Assembly (NCBI GenBank): GCA_018676855.1
Contig: JABHDY010000004.1
Span: 28,972 to 92,971, forward strand
Source: Candidatus Woesearchaeota archaeon
GTDB lineage: Archaea > Nanobdellota > Nanobdellia > Woesearchaeales > GW2011-AR9
Direction of reading: 5' to 3'
DNA length: 64,000 nt
The translations under genes were made by a program, and so were the position numbers. The notes beneath the pieces were generated by a model that saw only the letters and a list, made by a program, of their open reading frames with translations, did not search any database and was not told the DNA's origin. Below, piece by piece: positions 9,601 to 18,830 of the stretch (position 1 is the first letter of the stretch; every line of letters begins with the position of its first letter).

Positions 9601-10665
9601 TTATACTAACTCAATCCCAAGTTCTTGACTTAGGGACTGCGCTCTTTGTTCTGATCTCTTTTGGTCAACTTTTCCTAATAACCATGGAGAGTTTACGCCA
9701 GTTATGATTGTCATAACGGTTAATTTTCCCTTCATGTCATTATCTACTCGCGCTCCCCAGATAACATTTGCATCGTCATCTAAAGATTCTGTTACGAGCT
9801 CACCAATTTGAGATACTTCATCAAGTGTCATGTCTGGTCCGCCAGTTACATGAATCAATGCACCCGTCGCTCCTTCGTAATTAATATCTAGTAAAGGATT
9901 ACTTAATGCACCTTTTACCGCTTCTTCAACCCGATTATTTGTATCAGATGAACCTACACCAATTGCAGCTACTCCGCCATTTGACATAATAGCTTTAACA
10001 TCTGCATAATCTAAGTTTACTAAAGAAGGTACAGCAATTGTTTCAACAATACCTTTAATCATGGTAGCGATTAATTCGTTCGCAACAGCAAATGCTTGCT
10101 GAATAGGTAAGTTACCTGCAATCTGAACTAATCTATTGTTATCAATTACAATAACAGTATCACATACTTGACGTAATTGTTGAAGGCCAAACTCTGCTTT
10201 ATCACATCTTGCTCGCTCAATACTAAACGGCATTGTAACAGTTCCAATAACAATAGCTCCAGTGTCCCGAGCAACTTGTGCAACAATAGGTGATGCTCCA
10301 GTTCCACTTCCTCCACCCATACCAGCACAAACGAATGCCATGTCTGATCCTTTCAATGAATCTTTAATCATGATCAAAGATTCCTGTGCAGCTTCTGCTC
10401 CCCGTGTTGGGAAACCGCCACAGCCAAGTCCACGCGTACAATCTTTTCCTATAAGGTACTTATGATCTGCACCAGTAATATCTAAATGTTGTTGATCGGT
10501 ATTAGTTGCAATGATTTCTGCTCCTTTGATGCCCTTCTTATAGAGCCATCCAACCATATTATTTCCTGCACCGCCAACACCAATGACTTTGATGTTTGCT
10601 TGTCCTACCGTATCGACATTTGCCGCCGGCATGTTGTTTAACGCTTTTTCCACAATAAATTCCAT
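9601..10665 (-). CDS. ftsZ: Cell division protein FtsZ (probably FtsZ2 type)
   Basis: VIGVGGAGNN, NTD, GMGGGSGTG tubulin signature, IDNNRL, NLDYAD T7 loop, IWGAR. Confidence 0.96.
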   Translation of the reverse strand: MEFIVEKALNNMPAANVDTVGQANIKVIGVGGAGNNMVGWLYKKGIKGAEIIATNTDQQHLDITGADHKYLIGKDCTRGLGCGGFPTRGAEAAQESLIMIKDSLKGSDMAFVCAGMGGGSGTGASPIVAQVARDTGAIVIGTVTMPFSIERARCDKAEFGLQQLRQVCDTVIVIDNNRLVQIAGNLPIQQAFAVANELIATMIKGIVETIAVPSLVNLDYADVKAIMSNGGVAAIGVGSSDTNNRVEEAVKGALSNPLLDINYEGATGALIHVTGGPDMTLDEVSQIGELVTESLDDDANVIWGARVDNDMKGKLTVMTIITGVNSPWLLGKVDQKRSEQRAQSLSQELGIELV

Positions 10666-10919
10666 TTTTTATACACCACCAAATTTTTTTTTGTTATTTA
10701 ACCCTCAAAAAAATTATAGCCCCCAATATGTACTTTCGAGTATACAAAACATTATATACTAGGACCACTCTTCTTTTTCTAAACCAAACAAACCAAAACC
10801 TAGTTAAAACCAAGATTAAAAGAAGTGTGTTAGACAAAACCAACTACTACACCTTTTTTACAAACCAACCAATTAATTTACTCAAACACCCAAACCGATT
10901 TTTAGTAATGCGTACTCCA

Positions 10920-10933
10920 TATATAAATGTTTC
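10920..10933 (-). promoter_or_regulatory. BRE/TATA promoter of ftsZ, implying a ~230-nt leader
   Basis: GAAACA-TTTATATA; the same AACA-TTTAWA pattern precedes many genes in the window. Confidence 0.55.
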
Positions 10934-10980
10934 TATACAATAGACTATACTTTATGATTGCATTTAACACAGAAAAATTA

Positions 10981-11655
10981 TTATTTTTTGTCTTCTGGAA
11001 CAACTTTTTCCTTCACTTTATCGACGACAGATTGTGCTGCACCCTGTAATGACTGTTTTACATTACCGGCTTTCCGTGCAAGAATTGTTGAAATGTCTGC
11101 CATGTACTTTGCAGGATCGCGCATTTTGTTTCTCCATCGATGAAAATACACAACAGTTTCAAGAGGATACTTTGGCGGTTTTGGAGGAACATCTTTTGGA
11201 TAACCAACAGCAATGATTGCTTGTGGTCGAATTTCAGGAGGAATTTTACATAACGATTTTACTTCTTCCTCGTCAAATGCGCCGATCCACGTTGTTCCTA
11301 AATCTAAAGAATGTGCTTCTAGTAACATATTTTGTATCGCTGCGGCACAATTCTGTACCGTATAAAGCCGTTCTCCACGCATACCATAATAACGTTCACC
11401 TTTCTCAGGCTCTGCGCACACGACGATTAAAACGCCCGCCATGGCAATATCATATTGTTCATATGCTGCTTTCGCAAGTGCTTGCTTCTGATCATGCTCA
11501 AATACGACTATAAACTTCCAATTTTGAATATTTCCAGAACTTGGTGCATGCCTACCAGCATCTAAAATACGAGAAACATTTTCCCATGAAATAAATTTGG
11601 GAAGGTAATATTTAATTGTTCTTCGCGATTTAATGATATCTAGTATGTCACCCAT
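10981..11655 (-). CDS. Nitroreductase family protein
   Basis: IKSRRTIK, APSSGNIQNWKF, AAIQNMLLEAHSLDLGTTWIG, IAVGYP. Confidence 0.9.
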   Translation of the reverse strand: MGDILDIIKSRRTIKYYLPKFISWENVSRILDAGRHAPSSGNIQNWKFIVVFEHDQKQALAKAAYEQYDIAMAGVLIVVCAEPEKGERYYGMRGERLYTVQNCAAAIQNMLLEAHSLDLGTTWIGAFDEEEVKSLCKIPPEIRPQAIIAVGYPKDVPPKPPKYPLETVVYFHRWRNKMRDPAKYMADISTILARKAGNVKQSLQGAAQSVVDKVKEKVVPEDKK

Positions 11656-11790
11656 ATTAACATAAGTAATTTTTACGACTATTTATATTTAACCTTTTTA
11701 GGTTATTTCATTTTTGAAAACATATTTCGTTTTTGAAAACAAGTTCCAAAAAAGAAACAAATATAAATGTGGAAGTAATTGATAGAGAGT

Positions 11791-12312
11791 ATGGTAAAGA
11801 AAGAGGTGTTGTCAAAACTTATTGATAAAAAGAAAGCATCAATCTTACGAGTCATTCTAAATTCTAAAGATGAAATGTATCTTAAAGAAATTGCTGACAA
11901 GAGTTCAGTTTCAATAACATCAACATTTAGAATTCTACAAGAATTGGTTGAAATGGACATTCTGGTAAAACGAGAATGGAAAACAAGTAAGGTATATGGC
12001 TGCCAAGATTCTGAGAAAACTACATTTCTCAAAGATCTTTTCCATGAAGAGCATGATGGTGTTGGAGAATTTGTTAATGCTATACATGATATTACTGGCA
12101 TCCAAAACATTATACTTCACGGTTCCAGAAAGAAGGGTAAGGCAAACATTTTACTAATAGGAGAATCTATTGATGTTAATACCGTAGAAACTTCAGCGAA
12201 AGAAATTAGAGACAAAGGGTTTGATTTAAGTTATTTAACCTTAACAAAACAACAATATGAACAAATGTCAAAAATGGGCTTGTATTCTGGTGAGAAGAAT
12301 GTATTGAAGTGA
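11791..12312 (+). CDS. Winged-helix regulator with degenerate nucleotidyltransferase-like C-terminal domain
   Basis: MYLKEIADKSSVSITSTFRILQELVEMDIL HTH. C-terminal IILHGS lacks the DxD motif. Confidence 0.7.
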   Translation: MVKKEVLSKLIDKKKASILRVILNSKDEMYLKEIADKSSVSITSTFRILQELVEMDILVKREWKTSKVYGCQDSEKTTFLKDLFHEEHDGVGEFVNAIHDITGIQNIILHGSRKKGKANILLIGESIDVNTVETSAKEIRDKGFDLSYLTLTKQQYEQMSKMGLYSGEKNVLK

Positions 12313-12313
12313 A

Positions 12314-12715
12314 TTATTCTAAGATATCTTCAAGAAGTGGAACGTAATCATTATGAGACCTGACATCTTCAATGAAGGTATTTTCACTACCGCCAACCCG
12401 TATATAATCTGCGAGCCTACTTGTTTGATGATCACCAATAAAAACGGGAGTACCAACATTTGTAACGTCCCTTCTAAGATCTTCTAAGACTTTTAGTGCA
12501 ATATCATTAGGAATTTGATACCCACCAGCGTTCACTAAGAATAAAGGTGCATGGATAATAACTGCATCATACTGAACTCCCTTAAAATCATTAACAAAAT
12601 CCCTTGCAGTCAACGCATAATCAATGTTTACACCAGGAAATTCATTTTGTACAATAGGACCAAATGATTTTTTTCCCATTACATATTCACTTGATACTAC
12701 CAATAACCTTGACAT
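12314..12715 (-). CDS. Hypothetical protein, possible degenerate receiver-like fold
   Basis: LLVVSS...YDAVII...TPVFI alpha/beta pattern without the acidic pocket. Confidence 0.5.
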   Translation of the reverse strand: MSRLLVVSSEYVMGKKSFGPIVQNEFPGVNIDYALTARDFVNDFKGVQYDAVIIHAPLFLVNAGGYQIPNDIALKVLEDLRRDVTNVGTPVFIGDHQTSRLADYIRVGGSENTFIEDVRSHNDYVPLLEDILE

Positions 12716-12785
12716 AAAAACTCAAGTAATAGAAATCACTTAAATAATTTATGAAATTAAAAATAAAATTAAAAAAAATTAAAAT

Positions 12786-13691
12786 TTATTCTCCCAAATC
12801 TGCCATTTTGTTCGTAGCATCCATCAATTTATCTGCTGCGTCGTACAACTGAATAGTTATTCCTACACTATTAAGATCGCCAGTGGTGATTTCACTATAC
12901 GAAAAACCGCCAGGTACGAGAACGTATGAACTTGCAGACGTCTTTGATTTAATACTTTTTGAACCAGGAGATAATGGAACTTTCTTTTCAAGGTCGTCAT
13001 ACCCTTCAACCATAAGAACAAAATGGTCCGGTTCAACCGTTCCTTCTTCCATATTCTTAATAGTATATGATATTCCTTTAATTCTTCCCCATGTTCCCTT
13101 CCATTCAGTTTTTATTTCTCCAAGGGCAACAGAAACACCATCGTACGTTGTTACAACGTTTTCATCAACAGTGTCAGTGTCATCTACAACAGGTTCAAGT
13201 TCCGTATCATCAACAACAACAGCGCCAGTTATGCCAGAATCTACTCCCGCTGCTACTTCTTCACCAGCACCATCATTTTCTGCTGCATCCGAATCACCAG
13301 AGAAAAGGCCGAAAAAACTTCCTAAAGTTCCTGAAACGTCTGCATCATCTGCCGTTGTTCCAACAGTATCAACTACACTAAGCCGTCCCACAAAAAATAC
13401 AAGAATGAATAGGAGAACAATTCCTGTCCACTTGACTGTATTACGTGTGTTGAACTTAATAGTTACGTCCTTATCAAGACGTTTTGTAGTATTCTGTTCA
13501 TTTGGAGCAACCTTTTCAGTTTCTGTAGACTGTTCAACTTCTTCAGCTTTCTCTTCAGCCGTAGCTTCTTTCGTTCGAGAGTTCAATTTTTCTTTCCAGA
13601 GATCTTCATACTCGTTTGAAGGTCCCAGAATTGTTGAATCTTGTGAGTCTTCTTCCAAAGACCCTTTTTTAACATTTTTATCTTTTTCCAT
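12786..13691 (-). CDS. Single-pass membrane protein with acidic linkers and C-terminal beta-sandwich
   Basis: TM WTGIVLLFILVFFVG; acidic low-complexity regions; C-terminal ISYTIKN pattern. Confidence 0.7.
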   Translation of the reverse strand: MEKDKNVKKGSLEEDSQDSTILGPSNEYEDLWKEKLNSRTKEATAEEKAEEVEQSTETEKVAPNEQNTTKRLDKDVTIKFNTRNTVKWTGIVLLFILVFFVGRLSVVDTVGTTADDADVSGTLGSFFGLFSGDSDAAENDGAGEEVAAGVDSGITGAVVVDDTELEPVVDDTDTVDENVVTTYDGVSVALGEIKTEWKGTWGRIKGISYTIKNMEEGTVEPDHFVLMVEGYDDLEKKVPLSPGSKSIKSKTSASSYVLVPGGFSYSEITTGDLNSVGITIQLYDAADKLMDATNKMADLGE

Positions 13692-13699
13692 TTTTTATA

Positions 13700-13891
13700 T
13701 CACACCACAAATAGTATTATAGATGTTATTATGAGTATTACGCCAAGAGCAATAGAAGGATACGAAATCTTTTCACCAATGCTTAACTTCGGATAATTTT
13801 TCAGTTTTGTTCCAATGAACGAGAAAAACGCATTGATTTTTGTATTAAAAGCGTTTAACTTCTGTGAAAATCCTGATGTTACCTCAGCCAT
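13700..13891 (-). CDS. Small membrane protein
   Basis: 63 aa with C-terminal TM; TATA upstream; its 3' end provides the SD of the next gene. Confidence 0.65.
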   Translation of the reverse strand: MAEVTSGFSQKLNAFNTKINAFFSFIGTKLKNYPKLSIGEKISYPSIALGVILIITSIILFVV

Positions 13892-13971
13892 ACCATAAAT
13901 AGGAAATATAATCCAATATAAAAATGTTATTGTTTACAAGAAGATAAATGAAAAAAAGAAAAAAGAAAGTT

Positions 13972-15585
13972 TTATCTATCACCAGATCTAAGACCAGGTT
14001 CTGTCAGAAGACAAACTTCAATTTGTGGACCCGAAACTGCAGTAATGTTCAATGTAAAGTTCTCTGGAACCTGACCCCCATACAAATTTATGTTTGGAAA
14101 TCCTACATCAATCTGTACATATGATTGACTATTTTGGTTAAGGATTCCTGATGCATCAGAGTAGTTAATTTGCCACTCTGAGCCATAATTATCAACAAAG
14201 TTCACAACATTTCCGTTCCGATCTTTACTAATTATTCCATCGCCATTCAAATCAACATCTACTGCGAAATCGTCCACGCCCATTTGAGTTGCGTTCTGTA
14301 CGATGAATGAATTTCCTCCAACAACTATTGTTGCAACAGTACCTGTTGCCGTTAATGGTGTTACTGGATATTCAAGCGTTTCTCCACTACCAATGTTCTT
14401 AAACTTGATTAGAGGATTGGTTTTTGTTTGTGCATCTGCACCCATGTACTGAAATAGATACGACTTTGCAGATCCATCAGAAGCAATTCCGGAAGTAATG
14501 ACAAAATAGTCATTTTTGTAAACATCTGACCTCGTATCCCAATAAGAAAATTCACGTCCACTTTCTAACAATTTCAGTTGTTTATCACTACCATGAGATT
14601 TACCATCACCTTCTTCTCCCATTGTTACGTTAAACTTAGAGTTTGCGTATGCAACTGGTAGGAGTATCCTATTTCCATCACCATCAAACATTGCAACAGA
14701 TAGTCTTTGAGACTCTTTAAACAACTCTAAAGCATATGAACTATCACCTGTAAGGGAACTTCCAATAGTGTACGAATCAGTAATCGCCTTTCCTTTACAT
14801 GTTGTCAAAGAAATGTCAGCAACTTCCAAATCAAAACATTCTTTTGTTCCATCACGATCCAAATCTTCACACACATTAGAAGCACAATCACTATTATTAT
14901 TACAAGATTGACCTCCAGTACAATTAGTTCGACAAGATCCACCACAATCAACATCACTTTCGAATTGATTTTTAACATTGTCAAAGCACGTAGGACCTTC
15001 CTCCACCATAAAAGGAGTAATGACCCACTTCCCATTATTACAATCCCATTGACCATCAACCCTATTACATCCGTAAGTTGCAATATAATGAGGGCCCTCT
15101 CTTGAAAATGAGTTACTCAACCTAAATGTACTATTAGCAAGCGTTGTACTTGAAACACCTCTTTTTGACCAAATCCAATTAGATGATCCCAAAAATTCGC
15201 CTTGATTAATAGGTTGGTATCGCATTTCTTCCCATTGTTCACAATTTTTTAGTAAATATCCTATAGAATATACGTATTGATAATTTGTCAAAAGAGAGTT
15301 ATAAGATCCTGTTTCGTTAAGGTATAATGGCCCAACTTCATAAGACCATTGACGATTTGTTGTATTAACAACAACCATATCAGCATCGGAAAAATAAATT
15401 TGTAACTGAGAATCTGAATAACAAGCGCCACTATTACTATACGCTTGACCAGCAAGTGCACCACTTTCACCAACATCTTCTATAGATGGAGGTAAAGGGG
15501 GGACATCAGGATCCTCTGCAGGAGAACATCCAACAATAAATAATAACAATACTACAAAACTTACTAAAAAGATAATCTTTTTCAT
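13972..15585 (-). CDS. Putative lipoprotein with a Cys-rich motif and a surface-layer-like C-terminal part
   Basis: MKK-hydrophobic-IVGC lipobox-like signal; CFDNVKNQFESDVDCGGSC Cys motif; SD GAGGTG before ATG 15585. Confidence 0.7.
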   Translation of the reverse strand: MKKIIFLVSFVVLLLFIVGCSPAEDPDVPPLPPSIEDVGESGALAGQAYSNSGACYSDSQLQIYFSDADMVVVNTTNRQWSYEVGPLYLNETGSYNSLLTNYQYVYSIGYLLKNCEQWEEMRYQPINQGEFLGSSNWIWSKRGVSSTTLANSTFRLSNSFSREGPHYIATYGCNRVDGQWDCNNGKWVITPFMVEEGPTCFDNVKNQFESDVDCGGSCRTNCTGGQSCNNNSDCASNVCEDLDRDGTKECFDLEVADISLTTCKGKAITDSYTIGSSLTGDSSYALELFKESQRLSVAMFDGDGNRILLPVAYANSKFNVTMGEEGDGKSHGSDKQLKLLESGREFSYWDTRSDVYKNDYFVITSGIASDGSAKSYLFQYMGADAQTKTNPLIKFKNIGSGETLEYPVTPLTATGTVATIVVGGNSFIVQNATQMGVDDFAVDVDLNGDGIISKDRNGNVVNFVDNYGSEWQINYSDASGILNQNSQSYVQIDVGFPNINLYGGQVPENFTLNITAVSGPQIEVCLLTEPGLRSGDR

Positions 15586-15679
15586 ATTAAACACCTCAAT
15601 TATTTATTAAATGAAGAAGAACAAATATATAAATATATCTGAGAGGTAGAATGTAAAAATTGAAAAGTTGTATTTACTA

Positions 15680-16048
15680 TCAAACAAATACGTTTGGATC
15701 TTTTGGTTGTTTGAAAACAATAAACATGTATATGACAAGGCCAATAAGAACAATATTTACAGCCAGAAGAAACATGTATGGTGTTGATAAGAATCCTGAA
15801 TTTGCTTCAAGTTCATTAACTTTTTTTTCAATGATAGAAACCCTATCTGCAAGAGATCCTGATTGTTGTTCCTCAATTGATCTTGAAGAGTCTGTAACGG
15901 ATTCAGTATCAAACGAAGGTATCTCACTTGGTGGTGGAGGAGTATCATCAGAACCACCAAAACCTTCAGGAGCTGGAGGAGGAGGAGGAACAGCTATGAC
16001 AGAAGTAAGTATTAACGCAAATACGACCAATAAAAAAACAATCTTCAT
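15680..16048 (-). CDS. Small secreted, membrane-anchored Pro-rich protein
   Basis: Signal peptide, poly-Pro, short coiled coil, C-terminal TM; SD GAGGTGA. Confidence 0.7.
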   Translation of the reverse strand: MKIVFLLVVFALILTSVIAVPPPPPAPEGFGGSDDTPPPPSEIPSFDTESVTDSSRSIEEQQSGSLADRVSIIEKKVNELEANSGFLSTPYMFLLAVNIVLIGLVIYMFIVFKQPKDPNVFV

Positions 16049-16144
16049 TAATATCACCTCAATTAATAACTAAGAATAAATTGAGAGTATAAAAATGTTA
16101 TTGTTATGACCATACCTAGTATTTTTAATTAAGAAAAAAAGAAA

Positions 16145-16573
16145 TTATTCCTTTTTGTCTTCAGGTGCAGCTTCCTTCGGTTCTTCTGTAGGAGCTTCTC
16201 CAAGTGGAGCTTTGCCAGCTTTCACAACTTTCATATTAACCTGATGAATAATCTTTGTAATCATTTCACCACAAATTGTTCGACGCTTTACAAGGCCGCT
16301 CTGTTTATTTTTGTTCCTATCTTTACCAGAAAATCCTACACTCTTTCCGATTAAAATACGTTTTCGTGGTTCTTGAATACCCTTTCTCATAGGAAACCCG
16401 CACTTATCTGAACCGCCAGTTATGAGAAGTTCGTACCCAGTTAATCCAATAGAATCGCCAGAAACTGTTTCTCCGATACGTTTCTTAAGAAGTGTGTCCG
16501 CTTCGGGACTTTTAATTTCCTTCTGATACGTCTTTCCATCTTGTGCGCCAAGCACAATTTTAAAATTTACCAT
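16145..16573 (-). CDS. rps6e: 30S ribosomal protein S6e
   Basis: IGETVSGD.IGLTGYELLITGGSDKCGFPMR...RRTICG...QVNMKV. Confidence 0.95.
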   Translation of the reverse strand: MVNFKIVLGAQDGKTYQKEIKSPEADTLLKKRIGETVSGDSIGLTGYELLITGGSDKCGFPMRKGIQEPRKRILIGKSVGFSGKDRNKNKQSGLVKRRTICGEMITKIIHQVNMKVVKAGKAPLGEAPTEEPKEAAPEDKKE

Positions 16574-16691
16574 TGTATAATACCTTCCCGAGACTTAAAG
16601 ATCTAACGATCAACATCTTATTGATGGTCTCAGCTATATTACTCCCATTTCATACGATTATTTATAAATCTATGTGATTTTAAGAATAGTG

Positions 16692-16874
16692 TTACTCTTT
16701 CTTGAGTTCTTTCAATTCATTATGTACAGAAACATGTTCTTCACGTAAACGTTCCAATTGTTTCAATTTGAACTCATTTATTTGATTTCTACTTGCGTCC
16801 CACTCTAATGGTTTGATCTTCCGTTCTAACAAGAATACTCTTTCTTGTAGTTCAATAATTCTTTCCTGAGACAT
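16692..16874 (-). CDS. Small coiled-coil hypothetical protein
   Basis: 60-aa ORF with TTTATATA ~30 nt upstream (leaderless). Confidence 0.6.
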   Translation of the reverse strand: MSQERIIELQERVFLLERKIKPLEWDASRNQINEFKLKQLERLREEHVSVHNELKELKKE

Positions 16875-16928
16875 ATTATTTCACAAGGAAAGAAACTATA
16901 TAAACATTTAGGGCAAAAACTGTATTAT

Positions 16929-17336
16929 TTATCTATACCGAGATATTTCTACAAGTTCCGTTCCAGGAGATACATTACGTAATTCATACATTGCGCCAGA
17001 AGGAATTGTAATTGATTGGCCCTTTGTAAGACACGTATCACGCACCCGTGGAACAAAAACGTGGACCCCTCCAGAAATAACTTTCAGTTTTGTTTCTTCA
17101 CGACATTCACGAGAAAAGTATTTGCCAGAAGAAAGGCCATTTGTTGAAAATAGTCTACTTTTAACTTCTACAGCGCCAAGAAATGTTGTACTAGCACATG
17201 GAGTTGCAACTGAAACTCCACCATTTTTTTTTGATGCCCTATTTAATACATTTTCAAGTGGTTCGTTAGAAGTTTCGCTTTGTTCAGGATCGTCAACCAT
17301 AGTTGATTTTCTAGCAATAACATTGTCATAAGACAT
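16929..17336 (-). CDS. Cupin-like hypothetical protein
   Basis: VISGGVHV...LTKGQSITIPSGAMYELRN cupin-type beta pattern, lacking the metal-binding His residues. Confidence 0.55.
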   Translation of the reverse strand: MSYDNVIARKSTMVDDPEQSETSNEPLENVLNRASKKNGGVSVATPCASTTFLGAVEVKSRLFSTNGLSSGKYFSRECREETKLKVISGGVHVFVPRVRDTCLTKGQSITIPSGAMYELRNVSPGTELVEISRYR

Positions 17337-17419
17337 TATTACTTTCTGAAGATTATATTGTATCATCTTTTATCAATTTTGTAGTAACGTTTAATATACT
17401 TAACAGTTTACATTACAAT

Positions 17420-17803
17420 ATGCGTGAAATCCTCGAAAAGAAGTCAAAACAGAATGGATTACAAGAAAAAATGCTTATTAAAGTTGCACTTGCCATAACT
17501 TTACTTGGATTAACGTTCCTCTTTTTTTATGCAGACGAATTTACAATAGAAATTGCTGACAGGATAGATACCATTCCCGCTGAAGAAAAAGTTAGAATAG
17601 CGGGCGAAGTAACACGTGTCAGTACGCACGAAAATGTAATTTTCTTAGAAGTTGAAGGTAAACGTACAGAAACAATGGACATCATAGTATTTAATGATGA
17701 AGATTTGTATGTTAAAAAGGGCCATTATGTAGATATTGTTGGAGTTGTGGAAGACTATAAAGGAAAGAAAGAAGTTATTGCTGAACGTGTTGAGGTTAAA
17801 TAG
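17420..17803 (+). CDS. Membrane-anchored OB-fold protein
   Basis: N-terminal TM; VRIAGEV...IVF...GHYVDIVGVVEDYKGKKEVIA. Alternative start at 17471. Confidence 0.75.
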   Translation: MREILEKKSKQNGLQEKMLIKVALAITLLGLTFLFFYADEFTIEIADRIDTIPAEEKVRIAGEVTRVSTHENVIFLEVEGKRTETMDIIVFNDEDLYVKKGHYVDIVGVVEDYKGKKEVIAERVEVK

Positions 17804-17843
17804 GAAAGAATTTAAACATAAACGTAATACTATACATAGAAAA

Positions 17844-18830
17844 ATGAGATTCGCTAGATATTTATTGAAAAGGATATTAGTTCTTACAACAATAATAATA
17901 CTTCTTTCAGTTAATTCATTGTCTGAATCTCCTCCCGTATTAACTCATTCAATGGTAGAATTTGGAGATTACAATCCTGAAACGGGAAAAGCTGGCGATT
18001 TTATATTTGATAATTCCATAGTGGATAAAGTTTTTGAAGAATTTGGTGAAGAAGCTTATGATGGATTTGGAGGAACAAAAACATTACCACATTATACATT
18101 CTTTTTGTCATTAGATGCAAGAATTTATGCGCCAACTGATGGTGAAGTGGTAATGCTTACATATCAAGAAGATTGGAACGATTATGAGATTCTTGTTGGT
18201 CCAACGTCATTAAGCGATTGGAAACTTAATTATGATCATATTAGAAATGTCCCTGGACACATTGTTGAAGGATACATGATTCAAGCAGGTGAGTATATCG
18301 GAACTCCGGGAGTTTGGTACATGGACGTAGGATTCATTGAACTTACAATAATGAAAGATCTCAATAATGGATTTAATGAAAATTATTGTCCATATGATTT
18401 TTTTACTCCTGAACTTAAAGTATCATTTTCCCAGGGTTTGAATAACTTAATGACAGATTGGGAATCTTATAATAATGATATGACTATTTACGATGAAGAA
18501 AGTTATGTGTCTCCAGGATGTTTTGAGAATACAGTTGAAGAAAAGATATTTTCCGGAGAAAGTGATGGTGCAGTAAATGATGGCGTTGAAGATACTGCAT
18601 TTGAGAGTATATATGGATGTTATGATAATGATTGTAAAATGCAAGAAATACGTGATAATTGGCCTCAACAATGTCCAATCGGACAAGTACAGATTAATAA
18701 TAATTGTATTGATACGGGATTAAGAGAAGACGATGTTGAAGGATTGTATGACGTTTTAGATGTTTGGAATGATAACCAATTAAACTTATTACAGAAAATG
18801 TCTATGGTTGCATTTATTTTAAAAGATTAA
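17844..18830 (+). CDS. Secreted M23-peptidase-like (degenerate) protein with shared C-terminal module
   Basis: Signal peptide; IYAPTDGEV, LNYDHI, GYMIQAGEYIG; ends LLQKMSMVAFILKD. Start at ATG 17844 after TTTAAAC. Confidence 0.7.
   Translation: MRFARYLLKRILVLTTIIILLSVNSLSESPPVLTHSMVEFGDYNPETGKAGDFIFDNSIVDKVFEEFGEEAYDGFGGTKTLPHYTFFLSLDARIYAPTDGEVVMLTYQEDWNDYEILVGPTSLSDWKLNYDHIRNVPGHIVEGYMIQAGEYIGTPGVWYMDVGFIELTIMKDLNNGFNENYCPYDFFTPELKVSFSQGLNNLMTDWESYNNDMTIYDEESYVSPGCFENTVEEKIFSGESDGAVNDGVEDTAFESIYGCYDNDCKMQEIRDNWPQQCPIGQVQINNNCIDTGLREDDVEGLYDVLDVWNDNQLNLLQKMSMVAFILKD

Noticed and set aside
10290-10320. FtsZ signature GGGSGTG instead of GGGTGTG
   Set aside because: Conservative Thr-to-Ser change with all other GTPase motifs intact.
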